IMG/VR virus record: IMGVR_UViG_3300049444_000130
Reading direction: 5' to 3' (one strand)
DNA length: 64,000 bases
Source: a virus
Taxonomy: Duplodnaviria; Heunggongvirae; Uroviricota; Caudoviricetes
Position numbers and translations under genes: made by a program. Shown piece after piece: positions 9,431 through 18,900 of the stretch (within the stretch, counting starts at the first letter, position 1; each line of letters opens with the position of its first letter). The notes beneath the pieces are model-generated. The model was given only the letters and a program-made list of their open reading frames with translations, had not been told where the DNA came from and searched no databases.

Positions 9431-10258
9431 ATGCGTGCTTCGGCAAGGACAGCTATGAAAATTCTTGTGGCTGGTCAACCGAGATCTGGCACGAGCGCCC
9501 TGTTTTTCCAGCTCCAACACGCCATGCCCCCAGACACCCTGACCCTCTTTGAGCCTGCCACCTTGGACGGGACGGGCTGGGACACGGCGCCCCAGAGTGT
9601 GGTGAAAACCCTCGTCGCCAGTCTCCCGGGGGACACCACCCCACCGGTCGACCCCCTGCTGTTTGACCGCCGGTATGTGCTTGTGCGTGACCCTCGGGAC
9701 CGGCTCATCAGTCTGCTCCTCTTTCTGCCGCACTGGAGCACTGCGGCGTATCCGCCGCTCTGGCGCACGCGCGCCCTGGAGTTAAGCCACTATGTCGCTA
9801 CCCTCCGCACCAAAGTCCTCGACCCCGCCCGCGTGCCGACGTGGCTCCTCTTTGAGCGCTGCATGCGACTGCGCTTCGGCTGGCGGCATGGCGAGGCGCT
9901 CCCGACGCTGCACTACCTCCAACAGACGTTTCTGCACTGGCATGCCACCCTCCCGGACCACGAGACCGTGTTCTATGAGGCGCTGACCATGGCGCCGTGG
10001 GGGCAGGGGGTGGATGCCCTCCTCCCACGCGCCTACGCCCGCGTGCTCCGCCGTGGGCTGGTTGGTGAGTGGCGCCAGTGGTTCACCCCCGAGGATTGCG
10101 CCTATTTCCGGCCCGTGTTTCAGCCGTACCTGACCTGGTATGGCTATGACAATGACTGGACCCTCTCTGACACGCCCCAGATTGACCACGCGACCAGCAT
10201 CCGCTATCTGGAGACCTGGCTGCGCGTTGACAGGAGGGCTGCCCGTGCGTCTGCCTGA
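9431..10258 (+). CDS. sulfotransferase-fold protein (PAPS-binding motifs)
   Basis: KILVAGQPRSGTSALF resembles the 5'-PSB P-loop (PKSGTTW). YVLVRDPRDRLISLL resembles the 3'-PB motif (RNPRDxxVS). The track ORF starts at 9305; an in-frame start at 9431/9455 is more plausible. Confidence 0.5.
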   Translation: MRASARTAMKILVAGQPRSGTSALFFQLQHAMPPDTLTLFEPATLDGTGWDTAPQSVVKTLVASLPGDTTPPVDPLLFDRRYVLVRDPRDRLISLLLFLPHWSTAAYPPLWRTRALELSHYVATLRTKVLDPARVPTWLLFERCMRLRFGWRHGEALPTLHYLQQTFLHWHATLPDHETVFYEALTMAPWGQGVDALLPRAYARVLRRGLVGEWRQWFTPEDCAYFRPVFQPYLTWYGYDNDWTLSDTPQIDHATSIRYLETWLRVDRRAARASA

Positions 10259-10643
10259 TCCAGCGCCCGTCCTGGCCGCTCTGCAAGCGCTCGTGCTCCA
10301 GCACGTGCCGTGGTCCCAGGGCGGGCTCGATCCCGCCACGGGGCTGGGGTGCTATGGGCTGGTGGCACTCGCGTTCGCCCAGGTGGGTATCAGCCTCCCC
10401 CCCACGGCGGAGGAGGGGCAGGACTGCTTTACGATGATTCCCCCGCCGTATCAACCGTTTGATGTGGCCCTGATGCGCTTTGCATCCCCGCTGACGGCCC
10501 GGCATGTCGGGGTACTGCTCACCCCGACGACGGGCTACCAATGTTCCTGGCTCACGAACGGGGTGTCACAGTTTTGTATTCACGAGAATATCTGGAAACG
10601 CACCTTTCGGCATGGCTTGCGGTACAAGGAGTTTCTGGGATGA
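10245..10643 (+). CDS. NlpC/P60-family cell-wall peptidase (lambda gpK / GTA gp14-like tail protein)
   Basis: GTG start with a GGAGGG RBS overlapping the upstream stop. A GLGCYGLV catalytic Cys context and a downstream HVGVLL His. The stop overlaps the next gene's ATG (ATGA). Confidence 0.55.
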   Translation: MRLPDPAPVLAALQALVLQHVPWSQGGLDPATGLGCYGLVALAFAQVGISLPPTAEEGQDCFTMIPPPYQPFDVALMRFASPLTARHVGVLLTPTTGYQCSWLTNGVSQFCIHENIWKRTFRHGLRYKEFLG

Positions 10644-13156
10644 GACTCACCGTCACCGCGCCCTTTGACCACGAGCGCCACCTGCAAGTCCCTGCCGTCC
10701 CGGGGCAGACGCTGGGGACCTGGTTCCAGCCCCACGTCTACGAGCACATCACCGCCTGTATGGTCAATGGAGCCTTTCGCGACGACTGGCCGGCCTACGA
10801 GCCCCAGCCCACCGATCACATCCGCCTGTACCTGCGCACCGGCGCGCTCTTTACCCTCGGGGCCACCGCCACCATCTGGGGCATCCTGGCCACTGCCGCC
10901 ATCACCGCCGCCGTCAGTACGGGGGTGTCGATAGGCCTCGGGATGATCATGGGGAAGTTACGGAGCAGCGGGTCGGGGGGAGGCGTCACGCCGCATCAGA
11001 CCGAAGGCAAGGCGGAAAGTGCGTTCGGCATCAGTGGGCGCACCAACACCACGGCCCAGGGCACCCCGAAACCGCTCTGTTACGGCCACCAGCGCGTCTA
11101 TGGGCATATCTTGACGACGCGGGTGGCCCTGGCCGATGAGGGCCGCGCCCTGGCGTTCGGCATCCTGTACAGCCTGGGGGAAGGCCCGGTGGCGTCGGTG
11201 TACAACCCCCAGATTGACGATGTGGACCTCGCCCAGTTTCCGGGAGTCGAGGGGTATTCCCGGCTCGGGGGGGCCGACAATGCCGCGCTCATCCATGCCG
11301 ACTTTGCCACCCTCTCGCAAGTGTGGAGTGATGGACGCCAGCTCCCGCTCGCGCAACCCCTCATCTATCAGACGCGGAGTAGTCGCACGACCAAAATCAC
11401 CCTGTTTCTCTTTCTCCCCTTCCTGCGCACGGCGGAGGGCCTGGCGGCGGGGATGCATTTCCAGGTCGAAGTCCGCGCCATTAATGACCCCACCTGGATT
11501 CTCGCCTCTGCAGCCGTGTTCTGGAGCGGCCTGAGCAACGCGGGGCGCTTCTTCCCGCTCGACTACACGCTGCCCAGCGCCAATCAATGGCTCGTCCGCA
11601 TTACGCTCCTGGATACCACGGTGCAAGAAGGCGTGCTCCCCACGCTCTACGACGTGATGGAAGAGCAAGACGGCAATCCGCTCTATCCCACGCTGGCACT
11701 GTTGGCCATCCGAGGCATCTCCTCGGCGCAGATCCAATCGTTTGACGCCATGCGGGGGTCGGCCATGGTGCAGGGGCGCCTCGTGCCGGTCTGGAACGGG
11801 ACGAGCTTTACGACGCAATGGTCGCAGGGCCGCGCCTGGGTGCTGTACGACCTGCTCACCGAACCCCGGGTCGGGCTCGGGCATCGCCTCGATCCGTCCC
11901 TCATTGATGTCGCCTCGTTCCATTTCGCGCAAGGCTACTGGGATGACCAGGCGGGGGCCAACGTCAACATCGCCCGGGATCGCTGTAACGTGCTCATCAA
12001 TGACCGCCGCCCGGCCTGGGATTGGATCAAACTGCTCCTGGGAGAAGCCCGGGCCGCGCTGATTCCGTCGCAGGGCCTCCTCAAGCTCGTGGTCGATCGC
12101 CCGGGCGAGCCCGGCTTGCTCTACAGTCACCCGGGCAATATCGTGGAAGGCACGGTCCAGGCGAGCCAGGGGAACGGCCAGGGCGTGCGCCCCAACACGA
12201 TCTTCGTCCAATTCCCGGATGAGGTGATTGCCAACCGGCCCCACCTCCTGATCTACCGGGAGCCGGGCAGCGAAAGCGAGCCGCAGCGGGAAGCTCCGGC
12301 GGTGACGCTGGTCAGTCTCAGTGGGTACGAGCATGCGTACTGGATGGCACGCTATACGCTGTTGCGGCAGCGGCTCGTGCAACGGCAGGTAAGTTGGCAC
12401 AGTCCGCTCGGGGCGCTGGTGTCGGAACCATTTGACCATGTGGCCGTGAGTTACGATACGCCCAATTTTGCGCGGGGCACCTCGGGGTTTCTCAGTAGCG
12501 ATAGTACGGTGGACCGCCTGGTGCTCGATCGCCTCGTCACCCTCGAACCCGGCCAGGGCTATACAGTCCTGGTGCGCCATCAGGCCACGAATAGCATGGA
12601 GAGTCGCGCCGTCCTCGGCACCGGCGCGGTCGCCGTGGGGGTGCTGCTCCTCACCGCACCGCTCGGCACGGTGCCCGACGCGGGAGATCTCTACGCGCTC
12701 GGGGTCACCAATACCGCCCTGCACCATCTCGTGCTGGAGCAGGTCACCCAGGACGGAGACCAGGGCTGGCAGCTCGTGGGCGGGGTCTATGCGCCCACCC
12801 TGTATGACTATCCCGTGCCGCCGGCCTCGCCGCTCCCCGCGCCCGCACCGCTCAGTAGCAGTGCCGGGCCGCCGGAGGCACCCCTGCTCGAGGGCGTGGA
12901 AGACACGGAGGGGGGCTTTCTCATGCTGACCTGGAGTCTGCCGGCCGTGCCGGCCGGGGATAGCCTCGTGGGCTTCCACGTGTGGTTTAGCGTCACCGAT
13001 GAGGTGCATTTTCTCTTCTACGGCGATATCGGCATGGAGACGACCATGATTCGGACACTCACCGGGCAGGCCCCAGGCTGGTACGCCGTGCGGGCGCTCA
13101 GTACCCTCGGGGGAGCAGGCCCGCTCTCCAACCACTTTCATGTCGCGGGGATCTGA
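10640..13156 (+). CDS. host specificity / central tail fibre protein (lambda J-like, GTA gp15-like)
   Basis: 838 aa immediately after the NlpC/P60 gene with an ATGA overlap. A large beta-rich protein with a C-terminal FN3-like segment (LTWSLPAVPAGDSLVGFHVWFSV). The track ORF starts further upstream, at 10541. Confidence 0.6.
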   Translation: MRLTVTAPFDHERHLQVPAVPGQTLGTWFQPHVYEHITACMVNGAFRDDWPAYEPQPTDHIRLYLRTGALFTLGATATIWGILATAAITAAVSTGVSIGLGMIMGKLRSSGSGGGVTPHQTEGKAESAFGISGRTNTTAQGTPKPLCYGHQRVYGHILTTRVALADEGRALAFGILYSLGEGPVASVYNPQIDDVDLAQFPGVEGYSRLGGADNAALIHADFATLSQVWSDGRQLPLAQPLIYQTRSSRTTKITLFLFLPFLRTAEGLAAGMHFQVEVRAINDPTWILASAAVFWSGLSNAGRFFPLDYTLPSANQWLVRITLLDTTVQEGVLPTLYDVMEEQDGNPLYPTLALLAIRGISSAQIQSFDAMRGSAMVQGRLVPVWNGTSFTTQWSQGRAWVLYDLLTEPRVGLGHRLDPSLIDVASFHFAQGYWDDQAGANVNIARDRCNVLINDRRPAWDWIKLLLGEARAALIPSQGLLKLVVDRPGEPGLLYSHPGNIVEGTVQASQGNGQGVRPNTIFVQFPDEVIANRPHLLIYREPGSESEPQREAPAVTLVSLSGYEHAYWMARYTLLRQRLVQRQVSWHSPLGALVSEPFDHVAVSYDTPNFARGTSGFLSSDSTVDRLVLDRLVTLEPGQGYTVLVRHQATNSMESRAVLGTGAVAVGVLLLTAPLGTVPDAGDLYALGVTNTALHHLVLEQVTQDGDQGWQLVGGVYAPTLYDYPVPPASPLPAPAPLSSSAGPPEAPLLEGVEDTEGGFLMLTWSLPAVPAGDSLVGFHVWFSVTDEVHFLFYGDIGMETTMIRTLTGQAPGWYAVRALSTLGGAGPLSNHFHVAGI

Positions 13157-15384
13157 TGCAGTTACCTCGATCGCTCCTGCTCGGAGGGCTCTTCCTACTC
13201 GTGCTGGCCCGGGCCAGCACGGCGCAACCCTATGGGCCGCCCTACCATACGCTCAATCAAGAAACCATCGGCATGGTCGACATCGCCCGCTCGCCGTACG
13301 GCACGGCCCTGAATTCCGCCACGTTGGCCGCCGCCGTAACGGCCCAGGGCAGCGCGCCCCATTTGCTCCTCCTCAAGTGCGGCACGTGGACCTTGACCAC
13401 CAGCCAGGTCATCCCCGAGACCTTACGCCTCTGGGTGCCGCTGTGTACGACCGTGACCGTGGGCGCGGGCGCCATCCTCACGCTTCAGGCGCCGCCGCTG
13501 GTGGATCAAGAACAATGGTGGAGCGGTCCAGGCCAGGTGGTCTTGGACTTTGTGGTCACCCCACCTCATACCGCCGTCGGGGCCGCCGGCAGTCTCCAGG
13601 CGGCAGATGGGCTCGGGGGCCTGGCGGCGTATAGTGGGTCAGGCGCCTGTGCCGCAGGCCAGTTTATGTCGGAGCTGCTGCCCACGGGGCTCAAAATCTG
13701 CGGCACGCCGGTCTCCCCCAGTACCACGGGCCATCTGCTCACCGACCGCGTCGAGCCGCTCATTCCCAACGCCATCAATCTGGGCGCCCTCTCCTCCGGC
13801 TTGTTGCGCACGACCACCAGTGGTGGGGTGGCCGCCGTGACCACCGTGCCCCTGCCCGCAGGCGCGCTCGTCGGGACGGACGCGGTACAAACGCTCACCA
13901 ACAAATTTGTGGCCCTGCGCGTCGTGCCCGAGGCGACCAATGTCACGCCCGTCGTGATTGACCTGTCGAATACGGATATGACGGTCATCAGTGAGCTGCT
14001 GCAAAATACGCTGATCACCGATCCCCTCGGCAGCTCCGGGACCGGGCAACTCCTCTGGATGCTCGTGCATTCCACGCTCCCCCGGCTGCTCACCTGGAGT
14101 GCCACGTGGACGGGCGACAGCGGCATCCCGCTCCCCACCACGACCACGGGGGGGAGTACGTTTGATCTGTTCGCGTTCCTCTACAACCCCATCAGCGGCA
14201 AATTGGTGCTCGCCTACAATTCCCAACTCCTGCGGCCCGATCCCGCCTCGGGGGTCACCCCTGGGGCCTACACCTGCCCGGCCACGCTCAGCGTCGATGT
14301 GCATGGGCGGATTACGGCCCTCACGAGTGGCACCTGTGGTGGGAGCAGCGGCACGGCGGCGGGGGTCAAAGGCGATGTGCAGCTCAATGGCGGTGGCGTG
14401 CTCGCAGCGGACACCGGCACGCTCTCGCACGATGTCTCAAGCCACATCACGTATACGCAGGGACTCCAGGCGGGCGCCGGCAGTGGCTATGTGGAGTTGA
14501 CCGATGTCCACGGCTTCAAGGGCTGGCTGTTCCCCAGTGATCTGACCAGCGAGCGGGCCTGGAAGCTTCCCAACACGAGTGGCACGCTGGCGCTCCTCAG
14601 TGACATCACCGCCGGCAGCGGCGCCGCGATTAGCGGGGTCCCGACCACCGGCCAACTGGCGACATGGACCAACGCCACCACGATCCAAGGCGTGACCGCA
14701 CTCCCCGCCGCCAACTTCCCCGCCTTGACGGGGGACGTCACGACGACGGCAGCCAGCCTCACGACCACCATTGCGGCGGGGAGCGTCAGCCTGGCCAAGA
14801 TGGCCAATCTGGCCACCGCCACCCTGATTGGCCGCACCACGGCAGGGACCGGCGTGCCGGAAGCATTGACGGTGCTCCCCGCCGCGCTCGAACCGGCGCA
14901 CACGGGGGACGTGACCAATAGCGCCGGGTCGCTCGCCCTCACCATTGCGGCCAATGCGGTGACGTCCGCCAAGATGGCGGCGGCGAATACCTTCCGCACC
15001 TGTACGATGCTGGCGGGGGTGGACAATGGGCCGGTCTTAGTCGATGCGGACCTGGGACCGCAGCTGCACCAGTGTCTCGTGCCGGTCGCCTCCACCATTG
15101 TGGAAATTGTCGTCTATGCCGATGCCGGCACGCCTAACGTGATTGTTCATCGTCGCACAGGGACGACGAATACTGCGGTCCTCAGCAGTGCCCTGGCGAC
15201 GGCGGCCAGTGGGGCGCTCGCGTGTAGTAAGACGACGGGCGTAGCCGGGATTGCAGGAACGACCTGTAGCGCCACGCTCCAAAATACCACGGTCGGCGCG
15301 GGGGATACGCTGGGGCTCACGAGTGGGAGCGCGGGCGGAGTCGCCAAGCGGATGAGCGTGGCGATTGTCATGACCGTCAACTAG
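13156..15384 (+). CDS. tail fibre-like protein with signal-peptide-like N-terminus
   Basis: 742 aa and Thr/Gly/Ala-rich. Internal repeats LTGDVTTTAASLTTTIAAGSVSLAKMANLAT and HTGDVTNSAGSLALTIAANAVTSAKMAA. The N-terminal domain is paralogous to the 5892 protein. Confidence 0.5.
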   Translation: MQLPRSLLLGGLFLLVLARASTAQPYGPPYHTLNQETIGMVDIARSPYGTALNSATLAAAVTAQGSAPHLLLLKCGTWTLTTSQVIPETLRLWVPLCTTVTVGAGAILTLQAPPLVDQEQWWSGPGQVVLDFVVTPPHTAVGAAGSLQAADGLGGLAAYSGSGACAAGQFMSELLPTGLKICGTPVSPSTTGHLLTDRVEPLIPNAINLGALSSGLLRTTTSGGVAAVTTVPLPAGALVGTDAVQTLTNKFVALRVVPEATNVTPVVIDLSNTDMTVISELLQNTLITDPLGSSGTGQLLWMLVHSTLPRLLTWSATWTGDSGIPLPTTTTGGSTFDLFAFLYNPISGKLVLAYNSQLLRPDPASGVTPGAYTCPATLSVDVHGRITALTSGTCGGSSGTAAGVKGDVQLNGGGVLAADTGTLSHDVSSHITYTQGLQAGAGSGYVELTDVHGFKGWLFPSDLTSERAWKLPNTSGTLALLSDITAGSGAAISGVPTTGQLATWTNATTIQGVTALPAANFPALTGDVTTTAASLTTTIAAGSVSLAKMANLATATLIGRTTAGTGVPEALTVLPAALEPAHTGDVTNSAGSLALTIAANAVTSAKMAAANTFRTCTMLAGVDNGPVLVDADLGPQLHQCLVPVASTIVEIVVYADAGTPNVIVHRRTGTTNTAVLSSALATAASGALACSKTTGVAGIAGTTCSATLQNTTVGAGDTLGLTSGSAGGVAKRMSVAIVMTVN

Positions 15385-15395
15385 GGAGACGTTCT

Positions 15396-15902
15396 ATGCG
15401 TCGAGGGTATCTACTCCTCTTGGTGCTGGTGTGGGGGCCGGGGGTCTGGGCAGACTGTACGCCGCAACAACTCCAGACCGCCCTCACCACGGAAACGCCG
15501 GCACCGCCCGTGAGTCTGGGCCTCACAGCCTTCACCGCAGGCGCCACGCGCAATGATGCGCAACTGGTCTTCCTCATGAATCAGGCGCGTAGCGGCGCGT
15601 TCTACGAACAAAACGCGGGCATCATTCCGGCCTATGCCATTGTGCGGGCCTTTGACCCCAATGAGTACGGGGGCCTCACCGCCGCCAAGTATCAAGCCCT
15701 GAGTCCACTGCTCGCACCAGGGCTTGTGGATACGAGCAATGACAATGTGCGCACGATCCTGGGAGCGATTTTCCCGGCAAGCGGTCCCACACGGGCGGCC
15801 CTCATCCTCTTGAGTAAACGGCCAGGGTCCTATGCCGAGGTCGTGTGCGGCAGGCCGGTCACACTGGAAGAGGTGACCATCGCCCTGGGGGTGACGCCAT
15901 GA
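15396..15902 (+). CDS. secreted hypothetical protein
   Basis: Signal peptide MRRGYLLLLVLVWGPGVWA. 168 aa. Confidence 0.4.
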   Translation: MRRGYLLLLVLVWGPGVWADCTPQQLQTALTTETPAPPVSLGLTAFTAGATRNDAQLVFLMNQARSGAFYEQNAGIIPAYAIVRAFDPNEYGGLTAAKYQALSPLLAPGLVDTSNDNVRTILGAIFPASGPTRAALILLSKRPGSYAEVVCGRPVTLEEVTIALGVTP

Positions 15903-16429
15903 AGCAGCGGTCCTCTCTCCTCCACGGATTTTTGGCCACCATGCTCCTCATCGCCTGGTACGTGTCCCCAAGTTGGGGCGCGGCTGTGGTCACTACCTGG
16001 AAACGGGGCGCCGTCGATACCTGGCTGACCAACTCGACCGATGTCACCAATAACAGTCTCATTCTCAGTAGTGCCATTACCATTACGAACACAGGCTATA
16101 CCTTCGCAGAGTGCCAGATCTTTGTGAATAGTTTTAGTGGCACCGTTACGGCGAATACGGCGATTAGTGTCTGGCTGTTGACGGAAGTGGACGGGACCAA
16201 TTATGACGATGGAGGGACGTCGGTCACCCCGGCACGCCTCCCGGACATCGTGTTTCCGCTCCGGGCGGTCTCCACGGCACAACGCGTCGGGGTGAAGAAT
16301 GTCCAAGTCCCAGCAGGACTGTTTAAGGCTTTGGTGAAAAACGATGGGACCGGGGTCACGATGCAAGGGAGTACGGGTGGTGTTCCGTGGACTTTAAAGT
16401 GTGTGCCTCAGACTACTCAGAGCCAGTAA
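15899..16429 (+). CDS. secreted hypothetical protein
   Basis: Start ATG overlaps the upstream stop (ATGA). Signal peptide MKQRSSLLHGFLATMLLIAWYVSPSWGAA. Beta-rich. Confidence 0.4.
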   Translation: MKQRSSLLHGFLATMLLIAWYVSPSWGAAVVTTWKRGAVDTWLTNSTDVTNNSLILSSAITITNTGYTFAECQIFVNSFSGTVTANTAISVWLLTEVDGTNYDDGGTSVTPARLPDIVFPLRAVSTAQRVGVKNVQVPAGLFKALVKNDGTGVTMQGSTGGVPWTLKCVPQTTQSQ

Positions 16430-16437
16430 GGAGACGC

Positions 16438-17397
16438 ATGCGACGACTCCAACTCTGCTTGCTTCTGCTTCTGCTCCTGCCAGGGGGACTTTGCGCCCAG
16501 CGCCCGAACCTGGATGGAGCGCCGCCCAGCGCCAGTGGCGTACTCGATACGCGCCATCCGATCCGACGTCAGCACCCCCTCGCCCGGGGCTTGATCGGTG
16601 CCTGGCGCGTCGTGCCCGGCCTCAGTGGCGGGGTGATGCTCTATGACCTTATGGGCCAGGTACACGGCACGCTCACCGGCATGACGACGGCGGTGACCAC
16701 CGGCTGGAATGGCACGGCCAGGCCGGGCGGGGATGGGGAGTTGCGCTTCAACAATACCGCCGCGACCGTCGCCCTGGGCGCGCCAGCCAGTCTCAACCTC
16801 ACGGGGGTGATGTCGCTCTTTGTCTGGGCCAAGCCCCACCTCCTCGTCTTTGGTGGGGGCGGCGGGGATCCCCTCGTCAGCTATGGCGAGAGTGCCAGCC
16901 CGGACGAGCCCTATGGCCTGCTGATCGGTCGGGCCGATAACGCGGTGAGTGTCCGATGGAACGATACCGATGTCCTCGTGAGTAGCGCGAGCATCCCGAC
17001 GATTGACCGCTGGTACCATGTCGGGTTTACCCGCAGCGGCAGTAGTGGGAGCTGGCCGACGGTCGTCTATGCCAATGGCGTGTCCATTGGCTCGGCCACG
17101 GTCACGACCAATCCTGCCGGAGTCGCCGGCGCCGGCGTGCTCAATTTTGGCAAGCGCGGCGCCGCGGGGGCCTTCCTCGACGGCGCCCTCGATGAAATCC
17201 TCATTTACAACCGGGCCCTCTCCGCACAGGAAGCCTACACCCTCTATGTCCTATCGGCACAAGGGCTCCCCGGCTTGCTCAACCGGGTGCTGCCGCTGGC
17301 CGTCGCCGGGTCGGGCGTCGTGCCCATGCCACGCAAGCCCGTCCAATGGAATTGGCTCCTCGACTCATTCTGGAGGTATGCATATGTCCCTGACTAA
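16438..17397 (+). CDS. secreted LamG (concanavalin A-like lectin) domain protein
   Basis: Signal peptide MRRLQLCLLLLLLLPGGLCAQ. The C-terminus WYHVGFTRSG...FLDGALDEILIYNRALSAQEAYTLY is the classic Laminin_G_3 signature. Confidence 0.55.
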   Translation: MRRLQLCLLLLLLLPGGLCAQRPNLDGAPPSASGVLDTRHPIRRQHPLARGLIGAWRVVPGLSGGVMLYDLMGQVHGTLTGMTTAVTTGWNGTARPGGDGELRFNNTAATVALGAPASLNLTGVMSLFVWAKPHLLVFGGGGGDPLVSYGESASPDEPYGLLIGRADNAVSVRWNDTDVLVSSASIPTIDRWYHVGFTRSGSSGSWPTVVYANGVSIGSATVTTNPAGVAGAGVLNFGKRGAAGAFLDGALDEILIYNRALSAQEAYTLYVLSAQGLPGLLNRVLPLAVAGSGVVPMPRKPVQWNWLLDSFWRYAYVPD

Positions 17398-18874
17398 ACG
17401 ACTCGCTCTGCTCCTTGTCGTGCTGCTTCTCAGCGTGCCCTGTGTCTTTGGGCAAGGCGTGGGCCAGCGTGGCACCACGTCTGTCGGCTTTGCCCCCAAC
17501 GAAACGAGTACCGGCACGACCCAGTACCTGCTCGCCAAGATTGTCGCCGGCAAGGCGATCAAGGCCCTGACGACCGATACCGCCATCCCGCTCTATGTGG
17601 TGGTGTCGAGTACCGCCATTACGGGCGATGCGGTGTATGTGGTCGCCGGGACCACCTCCTGTGTCATGGACGCCACCAACGCCAGCGGCATGTCGAACCT
17701 GCCCGTGGTCGCCAGTGTGACGACCGCAGGGCGGTGCCATGTGCAGGCGAGTCTGCCCGCAGCCGGGTGGATTGTCGGCACGATGGTGGATGACGCCACG
17801 ACTTCTGGAAGCTTGGGGAAGATCAATGGGTTTACCGTGCCGTCGTTCCCCGCCGCAGGGGCCGGCAGTGGCACGGTCACCAGCGCCGCATTGAGTATGC
17901 CGGCGGAGTTTACGGTGAGTGGTTCCCCGGTCACGACGGCAGGCACCCTCACCGCCACGAAGGCCAACGCCGCGACGAACTGCGTCATGGCCGGGCCAGC
18001 CTCGGGGGGGGCGGCGCCCTGGGCCTGTCGCGGGCTGGTGGCGGCGGACCTTCCAGGCGGCGGCAGTCCCCCCACGGGCACGGCAGCAGGGGATCTGGGA
18101 GGCACGTATCCCAACCCTACGGTGCTGAAAGCGAGCGGTGTCTGGGCGCTGACGGGGGATACGACGCCGACCACGCTCACGGGGGATTTGAACGATGCCA
18201 ACCTGGCCGGCTTTACGACCAATAGCGTGATCCGCATTGATGGCGGCGCCGTCGAGCGCATCATTACCGGGTTGGTCGCCACGGCGCGCGGCGATATCAA
18301 GATCATCAAAAACGTGGGGACGCAGCAGCCGATCCTGTTTCCCAATGAGAATGCGAACTCGACGGCGGTGAATCGATTCCACTTCCCCGGTGACATCTCC
18401 CTCTTGCCCGGCGATGCTCAGCCCATGCAATACGATACCACGCTGAACCGCTGGACCCCGTTTGGGCCGGCGGCGCTCCATGTCTATCGCTGGCGGCCCT
18501 GCAACCTGGGCGCCGGCTCCCCCGACCCCAGTGCGGCGCCCCTCTCCGCGACGGATGCCCTCAACGAGGCGTGCCCGAATGACTACGGACGCGATCTGGA
18601 ACTCATGGCCCTCTCCTGTCGGGCCAACAATACCGGCGTGGTCATTACGCCCATCCTGACGGGAGGGTCGAGCACCAGCATCCTGACTGGCCCGCTCACG
18701 TGTGGCAATGCGACCTGGGCGGACGGCACGGTGCAAACGACGCGGCCCGTCCTGCACACCTACAGCGGCACGGGCAATACGTGCGCGGTCACGCCGTGTT
18801 CGATGGCGGTCACGTGGACGACGACGGGCCTGGCGAGTGAGGTGCAAATCAAAATACGGATGCGACTGAAATAA
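17384..18874 (+). CDS. secreted hypothetical protein (fibre/adhesin-like)
   Basis: A GGAGG RBS followed by the signal peptide MSLTKRLALLLVVLLLSVPCVFGQG. Thr/Gly-rich. The track ORF extends upstream in the same frame (17003). Confidence 0.4.
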   Translation: MSLTKRLALLLVVLLLSVPCVFGQGVGQRGTTSVGFAPNETSTGTTQYLLAKIVAGKAIKALTTDTAIPLYVVVSSTAITGDAVYVVAGTTSCVMDATNASGMSNLPVVASVTTAGRCHVQASLPAAGWIVGTMVDDATTSGSLGKINGFTVPSFPAAGAGSGTVTSAALSMPAEFTVSGSPVTTAGTLTATKANAATNCVMAGPASGGAAPWACRGLVAADLPGGGSPPTGTAAGDLGGTYPNPTVLKASGVWALTGDTTPTTLTGDLNDANLAGFTTNSVIRIDGGAVERIITGLVATARGDIKIIKNVGTQQPILFPNENANSTAVNRFHFPGDISLLPGDAQPMQYDTTLNRWTPFGPAALHVYRWRPCNLGAGSPDPSAAPLSATDALNEACPNDYGRDLELMALSCRANNTGVVITPILTGGSSTSILTGPLTCGNATWADGTVQTTRPVLHTYSGTGNTCAVTPCSMAVTWTTTGLASEVQIKIRMRLK

Positions 18875-18900
18875 CCCATGAAAACAATCGGGAGCGCAAA

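Noticed and set aside
10958-13141. 727-aa antisense ORF opposite the host specificity gene
   Set aside because: High-GC antisense artefact. The sense ORF is translationally coupled to the NlpC/P60 gene and has an FN3-like C-terminus.
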